Shown here: one piece after another, positions 10,133 to 19,561 of the stretch | Position numbering within the stretch: position 1 is the stretch's first letter | Layout: every line of letters starts with the position of its first letter | Assembly: GCF_041919735.1 (NCBI RefSeq) | Contig: NZ_JAYRTF010000016.1 | Location: 14,459-78,458 of the forward strand | Source of the DNA: Acinetobacter sp. | GTDB taxonomy: Bacteria > Pseudomonadota > Gammaproteobacteria > Pseudomonadales > Moraxellaceae | Reading direction: 5' to 3' | DNA: 64,000 nucleotides | Program-made: the position numbers and the translations under genes | Notes under the pieces: generated by a model | Told to the model about the DNA's origin: nothing | What the model saw: the letters and a program-made list of their open reading frames with translations, nothing else | The model's database searches: none

Positions 10133-13100
10133 ATGTGGTTTACCCGAATTAGCGTCAAGTACCCCGTTTTCACCATCATGATGATGTTCTGCCTCATGGT
10201 GCTGGGCTTGGCGTCCTGGCAGCGCATGGGGGTTGAAGAATTTCCGGACGTCGACTTTCCATTCGTGGTCATCTACACCAGCTATCCTGGCGCATCACCT
10301 GAATCGGTTGAATCTGAAATTACCAAAAAAATGGAAGATCAGATCAATACCATTTCCGGTTTAAAACAGGTCATTTCTCAGTCCAGTGAAGGGCTGTCGA
10401 CGATTATTGCTGAATTTAATCTGGATGTCCCCTCCTCGGTCGCTGCGCAGGATATCCGCGACAAGATTGCGCCCGTCAGCGCGCAATTCCGCGATGAAGT
10501 TGAAGATCCTATTGTCGAGCGCTATGATCCGACCGCCAGCCCCGTGATGTCAATTGTGTTCGAATCCCAAACCATGGATTTGCGCGATTTAAGCTCCTAT
10601 TTAGAGCAGCGCATTGTGCCGCAGCTTCGCACGGTTTCCGGTGTCGGCACGGTCAACCTGCTGGGGGATGCGCAGCGCCAGATCCGCATTCAAGTCGATC
10701 CGCAAAAACTGCAGAGCTTCGGCATCGGCATTGATCAGGTGTTAAACACCTTAAAAGCTGAAAATATTGAGGTGCCCGGCGGAACGCTGAAGCAGCCGGC
10801 ATCTGAACTGGTCGTTGAAATCAAATCGCGCGTCATTCATCCGCAAGCCTTTGGCGACTTGGTGATTGCCAATAAAAATGGTGCGCCGATTTTCTTAAAG
10901 CAAGTGGCACACATTGCAGACAGCCAAGCTGAAATGGAGTCCAGCGCTTACTTGAATGGCAAAACCGCTGTTGCCATGGACATTCTGCGCAGTTCAGACT
11001 CCAACGTGATTGAAGTCACCGACAATACCCGCAAGATGCTGGAGGAAATCAGCACCCAGCTGCCGCAAGGCACCACGGCAGAAATCGTGGTGGATTCCTC
11101 TAAAGGCATCCGCGGCAGCATTCAAGATGTTGCCCGCACCATCATTGAAGGCGCTGTGCTGGCCATTTTGATTGTCCTGCTGTTTTTAGGCTCTTTCCGT
11201 TCGACGGCCATTACTGGCATGACCTTGCCGATTGCGCTGCTGGGCACCTTGACCTTCATTTGGGCTTTCGGCTTTACCATCAATATGATGACCCTGCTGG
11301 CGCTGTCACTGAGTATTGGCCTGCTGATTGATGATGCCATCGTGGTGCGGGAAAATATCGTGCGCCATGCCGATATGGGCAAAGACCATGTGACCGCAGC
11401 TCTGGACGGCACCAAGGAAATTAGCCTTGCGGTCTTGGCGACGACCCTGACGATTGTGGCTGTCTTTTTGCCGGTGGCTTTTATGGGCGGCATTATCGGC
11501 CGTTTCTTCTATCAATTTGGCGTCACCGTCAGCGCCGCTGTGCTGATTTCCATGTTTGTCAGCTTTACCCTTGATCCGATGCTTTCCGCACATTGGGCCG
11601 AAAAGAAAAACCCGAATAAAAAGCCCGGTGCAGTCAAAAGGGTCCTGAACTGGATTTCAGACAAGCTGGATAATTTAAGCCATCACTACGAAAAACTGCT
11701 GAAGCTGGCGCTGCGCTTTCGCTTTATCACGCTTTTAATTGCGGTAGCATCCCTTTTTGGCGCATTGGGCCTATCCAAATTGATTGGCACTGAGTTTGTC
11801 CCTGTGCCGGATAAGGGTGAAATCCGCATCAAATTTGAAACCCCAGTCGATGCTACTTTGGAATACTCACAAGCCAAGCTGAGACAGGTCGATGCGATTA
11901 TCCGTCAAAACCCGCAAGTCCGAGCCACATACGGCGCGATTAACAGCGTTTCTGACCGCGGCAAAAACCATGTCAGCATCCGCATTACCGTGACGCCGCG
12001 GACTGAGCGCAAAGAAACACTGACCGATTTGAACAATGAATTTCGCCGCCGCTTGCAGTCAGTTGCCGGCATCACCATCACCTCTGTCGCGTCTGCAGAT
12101 GAAACCGTGTCCGGCGGGCAAAAACCGGTGATGATTTCCATCAAAGGACCAGACTTAAATGAACTGCAGAAAATCTCTGACCGTTTTATGGCGGAAGTAT
12201 CCAAAGTCAACGGCATTGTCGATTTGGAAAGTTCGCTTAAAGAACCGAAACCGACTCTGGGCGTCCACATCAACCGTGTGCTGGCCAGCGATTTAGGACT
12301 GTCCGTAAATCAGATTGCCAATGTGGTGCGCCCGCTGATTGCCGGTGACAACATCACCACATGGAAAGATGAACAAGGGGAAACTTACGATGTCAATTTG
12401 CGCCTGAATGAAGACCGCCGCCGGCTGCCGAGCGATGTGCAGAACATGTATATCACTTCGCAAAAAACCGATGCCAGCAGTTTGCCGATTTTAGTGCCGC
12501 TGGCGTCTGTGGCCAGCTTTCAAGAAACGCTGGGCGCTTCGCAAATCAACCGCCGCGACCTGGCCCGGGAAGTTTTGGTTGAAGCCAATACGGCGGGCCG
12601 CCCTGCGGGCGATATTGGCGCGGACATTAAAAAGATTGAAGACCATTTTGATTTGCCGCCAGGCTACCGCTTTGCCACGCAAGGCGCCAATAAAGACATG
12701 GCGGAATCTGCAGGCTATGCGCTGACGGCGATCACCCTCTCCATCGTCTTTATTTATATTGTGCTCGGCTCGCAGTTCAACAGCTTTATTCATCCCGCAG
12801 CCATTATGGCCTCTTTGCCGCTGTCACTGATTGGTGTTTTTTTGGCGCTATTCCTGTTTAATTCCACCATGAACTTATTCTCCATTATCGGGATTATCAT
12901 GCTGATGGGCTTGGTGACCAAAAATGCGATTCTATTGATTGATTTTATTAAAAAATCAATGGATAAAGGCAGCTCCCGATATGATGCGATCATCACTGCC
13001 GGCAAAACGCGGCTGCGCCCGATTCTTATGACCACCAGCGCGATGGTGATGGGCATGGTGCCGCTGGCCTTAGGCCTTGGTGAAGGCGGTGAGCAAAGCG

Positions 13101-13237
13101 CGCCCATGGCGCATGCCGTGATTGGCGGAGTGATTACCTCTACCCTGCTGACGCTGGTGGTGGTTCCGGTAATCTTCACCTATTTAGATGACTTTAAAAA
13201 TTTCATGATGCGTCAGCTAAAAAAAGTCATCTCGTGA
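10133..13237 (+). CDS. RND efflux permease, AcrB/AcrD/AcrF family
   Basis: 1034 aa; motifs GLLIDDAIVVRENI, GLVTKNAILLIDF and RLRPILMTT; two large periplasmic loops. Confidence 0.95.
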   Translation: MWFTRISVKYPVFTIMMMFCLMVLGLASWQRMGVEEFPDVDFPFVVIYTSYPGASPESVESEITKKMEDQINTISGLKQVISQSSEGLSTIIAEFNLDVPSSVAAQDIRDKIAPVSAQFRDEVEDPIVERYDPTASPVMSIVFESQTMDLRDLSSYLEQRIVPQLRTVSGVGTVNLLGDAQRQIRIQVDPQKLQSFGIGIDQVLNTLKAENIEVPGGTLKQPASELVVEIKSRVIHPQAFGDLVIANKNGAPIFLKQVAHIADSQAEMESSAYLNGKTAVAMDILRSSDSNVIEVTDNTRKMLEEISTQLPQGTTAEIVVDSSKGIRGSIQDVARTIIEGAVLAILIVLLFLGSFRSTAITGMTLPIALLGTLTFIWAFGFTINMMTLLALSLSIGLLIDDAIVVRENIVRHADMGKDHVTAALDGTKEISLAVLATTLTIVAVFLPVAFMGGIIGRFFYQFGVTVSAAVLISMFVSFTLDPMLSAHWAEKKNPNKKPGAVKRVLNWISDKLDNLSHHYEKLLKLALRFRFITLLIAVASLFGALGLSKLIGTEFVPVPDKGEIRIKFETPVDATLEYSQAKLRQVDAIIRQNPQVRATYGAINSVSDRGKNHVSIRITVTPRTERKETLTDLNNEFRRRLQSVAGITITSVASADETVSGGQKPVMISIKGPDLNELQKISDRFMAEVSKVNGIVDLESSLKEPKPTLGVHINRVLASDLGLSVNQIANVVRPLIAGDNITTWKDEQGETYDVNLRLNEDRRRLPSDVQNMYITSQKTDASSLPILVPLASVASFQETLGASQINRRDLAREVLVEANTAGRPAGDIGADIKKIEDHFDLPPGYRFATQGANKDMAESAGYALTAITLSIVFIYIVLGSQFNSFIHPAAIMASLPLSLIGVFLALFLFNSTMNLFSIIGIIMLMGLVTKNAILLIDFIKKSMDKGSSRYDAIITAGKTRLRPILMTTSAMVMGMVPLALGLGEGGEQSAPMAHAVIGGVITSTLLTLVVVPVIFTYLDDFKNFMMRQLKKVIS

Positions 13238-13363
13238 ATTTTCATGCTGAACTTTTAGCGCTCTTTTCATGGCAAAATGCCGATGAGGCGACATTCAGAA
13301 ATGCGCGCCTCATTTTTATTGTATAATCTCTGCTTTAACGCTTAATTTTTTAGGACAGTTTCC

Positions 13364-15079
13364 ATGCGCGCGAGTCGCTTTTTATTTGCAACGTTGAGAG
13401 AAACCCCAAACGATGCTGAAGTTATTTCACATCAGCTGATGCTTCGTGCTGGGATGATTCGTAAATTGGCTTCAGGTTTATACACTTGGCTGCCGATGGG
13501 CGTTCGCGTATTAAATAAAGTGGAAGCGATTGTGCGTGAAGAAATGGACCGCGCCGGCTCACTGCAAGTCTTGATGCCGGTGACTCAGCCAGCGTCTCTT
13601 TGGGAAGAATCTGGCCGCTATGTACAGTATGGCCCTGAACTTTTACGTTTCAAAGACCGCCACAGCAATGACTTTGTGCTAGGGCCTACACACGAAGAAG
13701 TGATCACTGACCTTGCGCGCAATGAATTAAAAAGCTACAAGCAATTGCCTGCAAACTTCTACCAAGTGCAAACCAAATTCCGCGATGAAATCCGTCCGCG
13801 TTTTGGCGTGATGCGTTCACGCGAATTCATCATGAAAGATGCCTATTCTTTCCATGTGGATCAAGCATCACTGCAAGAAACCTATGACAATATGTATGAA
13901 GCATATTGCAAAATTTTCACCCGTCTTGGTCTGAACTTCCGTCCAGTGCAAGCGGATACAGGCTCAATCGGCGGTTCGGGTTCGCATGAATTCCACGTTT
14001 TAGCCTCTAGCGGTGAAGACGATATTGCTTTCTCAACTGAGTCAGATTATGCAGCCAATGTCGAAATGGCTGAAGCTGTTCTTGTGGGTGAACGTACTGC
14101 TCCTGCTAAAGCTTTGGAAATTATCGATACACCAAATCAAAAAACCATTGCTGATGTTTCAGAATTTTTAAAATCAGATCCTGCTCAATCTGTTAAAGCT
14201 TTGCTGGTGCAAGGCGTAGCTGAAGAAGGCAAAGCCGCTCCAGTGGTTGCTTTATTCCTTCGCGGTGATCACGAGCTGAATGAAATTAAAGCTGAAAAGC
14301 ATCCTTTAATTGCAGCTCCGCTGGCTTTTGCGACTGAAGCGCAATTGGCTAAACTTGGCTTAACCGCTGGTTTCTGCGGTCCGCAAGGCTTAGTTGAAAA
14401 AGGCATCACAGTAATTGTTGACCGTGCTGCTTCTGTGCTGTCTGACTTTGTGGCAGGCGCAAACCAAGTCGATAAACATGCGGTTGGCGTAAACTGGGAA
14501 CGTGATGCACAATTCACTGAAGTTTATGACCTGCGCAATGTCGTTGAAGGTGATCCATCTCCAGACGGTAAAGGCACACTGCAAATCAAACGCGGTATTG
14601 AAGTTGGCCACATTTTCCAATTGGGTCAAAAATACTCTGAAGCTTTGGGCTGCAAAGTCCTCGGCAAAGACGGCAAACCGCTGGTTGTAACCATGGGCTG
14701 CTACGGTATTGGTGTGACGCGTGTGGTCGCTTCTGCAATTGAACAGAACTTTGATGATAAAGGCATCATCTGGCCGGAAGCGATTGCTCCGTTTGAAGTT
14801 GCAATTGTGCCAATGAATGCGCATAAATCTCCGCGCACTTTAGAAGCCGCCGAAGCGCTATATGCTGAATTGCAAGCTGCAGGTTATGACGTGATTTTAG
14901 ATGACCGTGATGAGCGCCCTGGGGTTAAATTCTCTGACTTAGAAATTACCGGTATTCCGCACCGCATTGTGATTGGTGAAAAAGGCCTGGACGCAGGTAC
15001 TTTTGAATATAAAGGCCGCCGCGATGCTGAATCTGTGAATATTTCTAAAGAAGAATTGCTGGCTAAAATTGCAAAATAA
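13364..15079 (+). CDS. proS: Proline--tRNA ligase
   Basis: [60 protein letters not shown]. Confidence 0.98.
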   Translation: MRASRFLFATLRETPNDAEVISHQLMLRAGMIRKLASGLYTWLPMGVRVLNKVEAIVREEMDRAGSLQVLMPVTQPASLWEESGRYVQYGPELLRFKDRHSNDFVLGPTHEEVITDLARNELKSYKQLPANFYQVQTKFRDEIRPRFGVMRSREFIMKDAYSFHVDQASLQETYDNMYEAYCKIFTRLGLNFRPVQADTGSIGGSGSHEFHVLASSGEDDIAFSTESDYAANVEMAEAVLVGERTAPAKALEIIDTPNQKTIADVSEFLKSDPAQSVKALLVQGVAEEGKAAPVVALFLRGDHELNEIKAEKHPLIAAPLAFATEAQLAKLGLTAGFCGPQGLVEKGITVIVDRAASVLSDFVAGANQVDKHAVGVNWERDAQFTEVYDLRNVVEGDPSPDGKGTLQIKRGIEVGHIFQLGQKYSEALGCKVLGKDGKPLVVTMGCYGIGVTRVVASAIEQNFDDKGIIWPEAIAPFEVAIVPMNAHKSPRTLEAAEALYAELQAAGYDVILDDRDERPGVKFSDLEITGIPHRIVIGEKGLDAGTFEYKGRRDAESVNISKEELLAKIAK

Positions 15080-15094
15080 GTTTGAATTAAGATC

Positions 15095-15123
15095 AAAAAA
15101 TCCCGCTTAGTGCGGGATTTTTT
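15095..15123. terminator. Bidirectional intrinsic terminator between proS and the convergent four-gene cluster
   Basis: aaaaaatcccgc-ttagt-gcgggatttttt. Confidence 0.85.
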
Positions 15124-15135
15124 ATACTGATCCAT

Positions 15136-16509
15136 TTAGCAGAATTTGAGACCGCCGAAGCAATTTGGAGTGACATATTGATTATTTAAAATTTGAGAAC
15201 TTAAAGAAATTGTCGCAGGCAGAGCCGTCGTATATGTATTTAAGTCAATATTCAACACTTTAGTGACTGGTGTATTTAACAACGTACCTAATGATTCTGA
15301 TGTGCTTGTTTGTATTCTATTTTTTTCATCCAACAAAAAATCTGATACTAAGTTGGCTACTTGCGGTAAAACAGCAGAAATATCAACCTCTTCTTTTGCC
15401 TGCAAATATCCGAGTTGGATCGGATTATTAAATGACATCCACCATCCTTTCAGTGCCGTATCCTCTGCTTCGGTTCCCGCCCACTTTACAGTATCACTTT
15501 GCAGTGATAAATAACCACCAGTACCAGTCAAAGGAATATTATGCACCATACTTAACGATTGCAAGAAAGCAATCTCCATATTTAAGTTTTGAATTTTTGA
15601 ACCCTCGCCCATTTTAAAAATAGCTTTTTTTGCCAACCCTAAAATTGGATCAAAAGTCACTAAAAGCTGATCATTCGCAAATTGCGCTTTTTGCTCTGGA
15701 GTCATATTCGAGCTTCCAGCCAATGGGATAGATTCAATATTTGCAGTGATTCCGGTCACTTTTGCAACAGTCATGCGGGAACCTGAAATTGTCGTTTCCG
15801 GCATATTAAATTTTACGTTAATGCTAGGTACTGTAATCCCTTTATTATCAGAACTTGTCGAGTCACTCTTGAATTGGCGCGGAAATTCCATCCCTAAAAT
15901 TGATGCAGTTAAATTACCTTTAATTTCTTCAGTCGTACTATCACCAAAGGTACTTTTCTTGGTATTCACATCACCTTGAGTCGCTGCCATTTTCATATAT
16001 CCGGAGAATGACTGAATACCGTCGCTTGGATTGCTAGTATTCTCTGTACCTGCTGTGAGTAAACCTAAAATTTGAGCAGCGCCTAAACGAAAACCAACCA
16101 CTTCCCGTGTTGAAGCTTGACCTTCATTTTTTATTGCAAACTCGACAAATGGATTGGTAATTTTAGCACTGCTTGATGCACGGCCATCGGCACCGTAACT
16201 ATCTGGCAATCCGCTCAAAGCTAAATTTGAAATATCAATATCACATTTTTTTGCACCATTGTCTCCGCCACAACCCAACTGCAGCGTTTTAATATTGGTA
16301 TTCAACTCCATTTCAGCATCTAAGCCAAGCTTAAAGAACTCGACCTTCTGATTCTTAGTATTGGTATAGACATAATTATCTTTGGAAAAATTCAATAGTG
16401 CCTGACCGTCAATTTTTGACATTTCTTCATCATTTAAAGGTTTAAAGCTAGCGCTATGGCCTGTGATCCACAGGCTGCTTATCATGGCAACAATAACTCT
16501 CTTTTTCAT
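15136..16509 (-). CDS. Secreted beta-rich FilA/DUF6160-like protein (start moved to MKKRVIVAM)
   Basis: RBS aaggaag before ATG 16509; signal peptide; mature N-terminal motif LNDEEMSKIDGQ; Gly/Thr/Asn-rich; ends CFGGLKFC. Confidence 0.75.
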   Translation of the reverse strand: MKKRVIVAMISSLWITGHSASFKPLNDEEMSKIDGQALLNFSKDNYVYTNTKNQKVEFFKLGLDAEMELNTNIKTLQLGCGGDNGAKKCDIDISNLALSGLPDSYGADGRASSSAKITNPFVEFAIKNEGQASTREVVGFRLGAAQILGLLTAGTENTSNPSDGIQSFSGYMKMAATQGDVNTKKSTFGDSTTEEIKGNLTASILGMEFPRQFKSDSTSSDNKGITVPSINVKFNMPETTISGSRMTVAKVTGITANIESIPLAGSSNMTPEQKAQFANDQLLVTFDPILGLAKKAIFKMGEGSKIQNLNMEIAFLQSLSMVHNIPLTGTGGYLSLQSDTVKWAGTEAEDTALKGWWMSFNNPIQLGYLQAKEEVDISAVLPQVANLVSDFLLDEKNRIQTSTSESLGTLLNTPVTKVLNIDLNTYTTALPATISLSSQILNNQYVTPNCFGGLKFC

Positions 16510-16550
16510 CTTCCTTGTCCCTATTTTTATTCTTGAATGCATTTTAAGAT

Positions 16551-18821
16551 TTATCGAGGGGTAATCCCTAATGAACTGCGCATCACACCGCCTGGTATCG
16601 CTATATCGGCAATTTTCTGCATTGTCCCCACTGGTGCAATTGCCAATTCAGCGGTAAATGGTTTACCTAAACTAGCTGTAGTGCCTAAACGATTAAATTT
16701 AATTTGATTATCTAGAACCACGGTATCTTTTTGCATATGAATCCGCGATTCTAAAGCAATATCACCTTGAATCTTATTTAAATTAATACTGGATTGAGTA
16801 GATTCACCAGTTTTACTAACATCATCATTAATTAAACTAATATAGCTGCCGCGTTCATTACCTGTTAAAGGGTTAAATTGAAAATTTGCTTTTAAGGATA
16901 GGAAGTTAGTATCTGGTGTTCCATTTTCACTTTCTAAACCTGGAATTATAAAGATTTCACCTTTACCATCTAATTTGAAAGCGATTGTTGTTAAGACATC
17001 ATCTTTCTTAGAGAAATTATCAATTGGAACAACTTTTTTAGCGCACTGTGTCTGGCCGGCAGTACAGTTATATAAAGAGCCTGGCAACTGTCCAATTGCC
17101 ACTTCCGCCTGTGCAGCCATCAGCAAGCTGTCCGCCTTTACATAGATCTCATTCTCTTCAAAACCGATAACTCCTTTTGATTTAATATATGAATCAATAT
17201 TTCTTAAACCGGCATAGTAATTGACTTCTTCACCATGGCTGCCTTCCGCGCCATCAATGATAATGATGGACGTTGTGTTTGGGGTGCCTGTTTTCGTGTC
17301 GATACCGTAGCCATCGGTTGACATTGCCAAATCATAGCCAAGGCCCATTTTCGCGGTTCCGCTTTTATTTATATAATCTTTTGAATAAAGCGCCACATTC
17401 GCATTTAAATTATAAATCGGTATGCCCAAACCCCATGTTGAAGCTTGCTTAGCGCCGGCATTGATGTCTGCAATTGAGTTATCTGAAATAAAGCGCGCTT
17501 TACGTGCCAATGCCTGAAAATCCATCCCGCGGATTGCAGCTAAAACCATATTTTGCGCATTGGCAGTTGGTGATGGATTATAAATTTGCTCCGCTGTTGC
17601 TGCGCCCAATACATTTTTTATTTGTTCATTAACCACAAAACTTAGAGAGTTAGAACGTATGTTATTAAGATAAATATCACCTAAATCCAGATATGCATTT
17701 TGCAGGTTTACTGGCGCAGCAGGGTCATTGCTAGTTCGCACATTTAACCGTGTTAAGTTCGAAAACTCGATTGCATAACTGCCTGTACCGGTATGTCCAA
17801 GTTCGAATATTGTTGGATTTGAACCTGCATGCAAAAAATCTGCCGACAGGCCAAAATGCAAACCGCCTGCATTTTTAAAATCATAGCCAGTGACTGCTGT
17901 CGCCATGGTCTCGGCCGCATTTCCGCTGCCGCGATTGACTTGCGTAAATTGCGCAACGCCGGTTTGATTCGAGTTCAGGAATATTTTTGCGTTGGTTAAT
18001 TCTCCAGATGCACCCATTCGGATCAAATTACCTTGATTTGATCCCTCGGATCCATAACGGAAATCAATATTCACTCCTGGATTGGTTGCTATACCGTTAC
18101 GGCTGCCATGAACATCAGTTTTATCCTCAACCCTTCCTAAAGTGACAACGTGATCTGTTTTTCCATCTCTAGACTTGGTCGTCAAAACCATTCCTTCAGA
18201 TGAATCCACATACATATAGCCATCTGCCGCAAAATTAAAGTTAAAATCTTTAGCTGTTACTGCTTGGCCATTTTGACCATAGCCAATGCTTGCGTTTTGC
18301 AGACTAAAGCTGAAATGCGCAATATCATCACGGTTAAATAACCCATTGGTGGTTGCTAGATAAACTTTTAAAGGTGAAATCGTCGAAAGACTCAAAGAAC
18401 CTAAATTCTGATTCACCTCACCAGCAGCGCAATGGGGTTCACACATCAGCATGATCTTTGCAGCAGTTGCTGTAAATGGTGAAACGCTAGCGCTTAATTG
18501 AATACCCGCACCTTTCGCCCCTGTTTCCGTCGTGGTAGCCCCTACATCTAAATCGACTTGAGATTTAATACTGGCATTGCCTTGCGCCGCCTGAATATTT
18601 ACATCATGCAAGCCTAATTTTATGGGATTGGTTCCTACCCCGGAGTAATCAATCCAGTTAGCTTGATCAATATTTACCCGCGACACTTCATGAGTAATCG
18701 TGATTCCATCTTGCCCGGTCACTTGTTCTAAATTTTGATCATTCAGCGCTTCTAATGCATAGCTTTGATTTGCAATACAGATGCATACAGCCAACAAATT
18801 TAATTTTGTAATTTTACGCAT
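16551..18821 (-). CDS. Secreted FilA/DUF6160-like protein, 756 aa
   Basis: Signal peptide followed by LEALNDQNLEQVTGQDGITI, close to the FilA-type N-terminus as I recall it. Confidence 0.8.
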   Translation of the reverse strand: MRKITKLNLLAVCICIANQSYALEALNDQNLEQVTGQDGITITHEVSRVNIDQANWIDYSGVGTNPIKLGLHDVNIQAAQGNASIKSQVDLDVGATTTETGAKGAGIQLSASVSPFTATAAKIMLMCEPHCAAGEVNQNLGSLSLSTISPLKVYLATTNGLFNRDDIAHFSFSLQNASIGYGQNGQAVTAKDFNFNFAADGYMYVDSSEGMVLTTKSRDGKTDHVVTLGRVEDKTDVHGSRNGIATNPGVNIDFRYGSEGSNQGNLIRMGASGELTNAKIFLNSNQTGVAQFTQVNRGSGNAAETMATAVTGYDFKNAGGLHFGLSADFLHAGSNPTIFELGHTGTGSYAIEFSNLTRLNVRTSNDPAAPVNLQNAYLDLGDIYLNNIRSNSLSFVVNEQIKNVLGAATAEQIYNPSPTANAQNMVLAAIRGMDFQALARKARFISDNSIADINAGAKQASTWGLGIPIYNLNANVALYSKDYINKSGTAKMGLGYDLAMSTDGYGIDTKTGTPNTTSIIIIDGAEGSHGEEVNYYAGLRNIDSYIKSKGVIGFEENEIYVKADSLLMAAQAEVAIGQLPGSLYNCTAGQTQCAKKVVPIDNFSKKDDVLTTIAFKLDGKGEIFIIPGLESENGTPDTNFLSLKANFQFNPLTGNERGSYISLINDDVSKTGESTQSSINLNKIQGDIALESRIHMQKDTVVLDNQIKFNRLGTTASLGKPFTAELAIAPVGTMQKIADIAIPGGVMRSSLGITPR

Positions 18822-18849
18822 ATCAACATCCTTTTTGAAATTATAAAGA

Positions 18850-19554
18850 TCAACAGCGGCTGCCTGAAGCGCCAGTACAGTTATAACTGAAAATCTTTAA
18901 ATCTCCATTCATATGCAAATTGCCATGCATATTCAATCCCATAAATCCTGTTTCAGTCCCTTTATCAAAAGCTGGAACGTCTGTTAAAAATGTCGTTTTT
19001 TTACCATTAGCATCTACAGAATATGCTTTATATTGACTGTAAACACTGCTCTGCAGATAACCTTTAACATTTGAATCATCAGTTTCAACAGAAAGGTTAT
19101 CAAAGCCCAGATTTCTAATTTTTAGAGGCTTATCATCAAAAAAAGAAAGGTTCATTGCAGTCTGCGGATTACCATCCTTATTTTGAATTGTGGTACCAGC
19201 CAATGAAAATTTATCAATTTGCACTGTCCCCTGAATTTGCTTAAAAACCAGCCATTTTTGATTATCACCATCTTTATGATTATTGGGAGAAAAAGCGAAA
19301 CGGCACTGTATATCCTGCACACAGTTATACCCATAGTAAGCATTGATTACCTTACCATCCGCATTCCGCTCAGAAATATCAGTTAAACTCATATCATTGG
19401 CATAACGATGGTTTAATGACATCGTCAAGCTTAAATCCGCCCCTCCCTGGCCGCTTGTTTGCTGCATTTCTTGCTGGTTCAAACTAGAGAGTTCTGCATG
19501 GCTGATACTCGCAGTGAACAATAATGCACTTATTGATAATTTACTCATTATCAT
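18850..19554 (-). CDS. Secreted FilA/DUF6160-like protein, 234 aa
   Basis: Signal peptide (SISHA) followed by LNQQEMQQTSGQGG; C-terminal Cys pair. Confidence 0.75.
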   Translation of the reverse strand: MIMSKLSISALLFTASISHAELSSLNQQEMQQTSGQGGADLSLTMSLNHRYANDMSLTDISERNADGKVINAYYGYNCVQDIQCRFAFSPNNHKDGDNQKWLVFKQIQGTVQIDKFSLAGTTIQNKDGNPQTAMNLSFFDDKPLKIRNLGFDNLSVETDDSNVKGYLQSSVYSQYKAYSVDANGKKTTFLTDVPAFDKGTETGFMGLNMHGNLHMNGDLKIFSYNCTGASGSRC

Positions 19555-19561
19555 CTGCTCC

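Noticed and set aside
8991-13237. RND pair without an outer-membrane factor or regulator
   Set aside because: A common arrangement; as I recall, this pair between pilG and proS is conserved in the genus.
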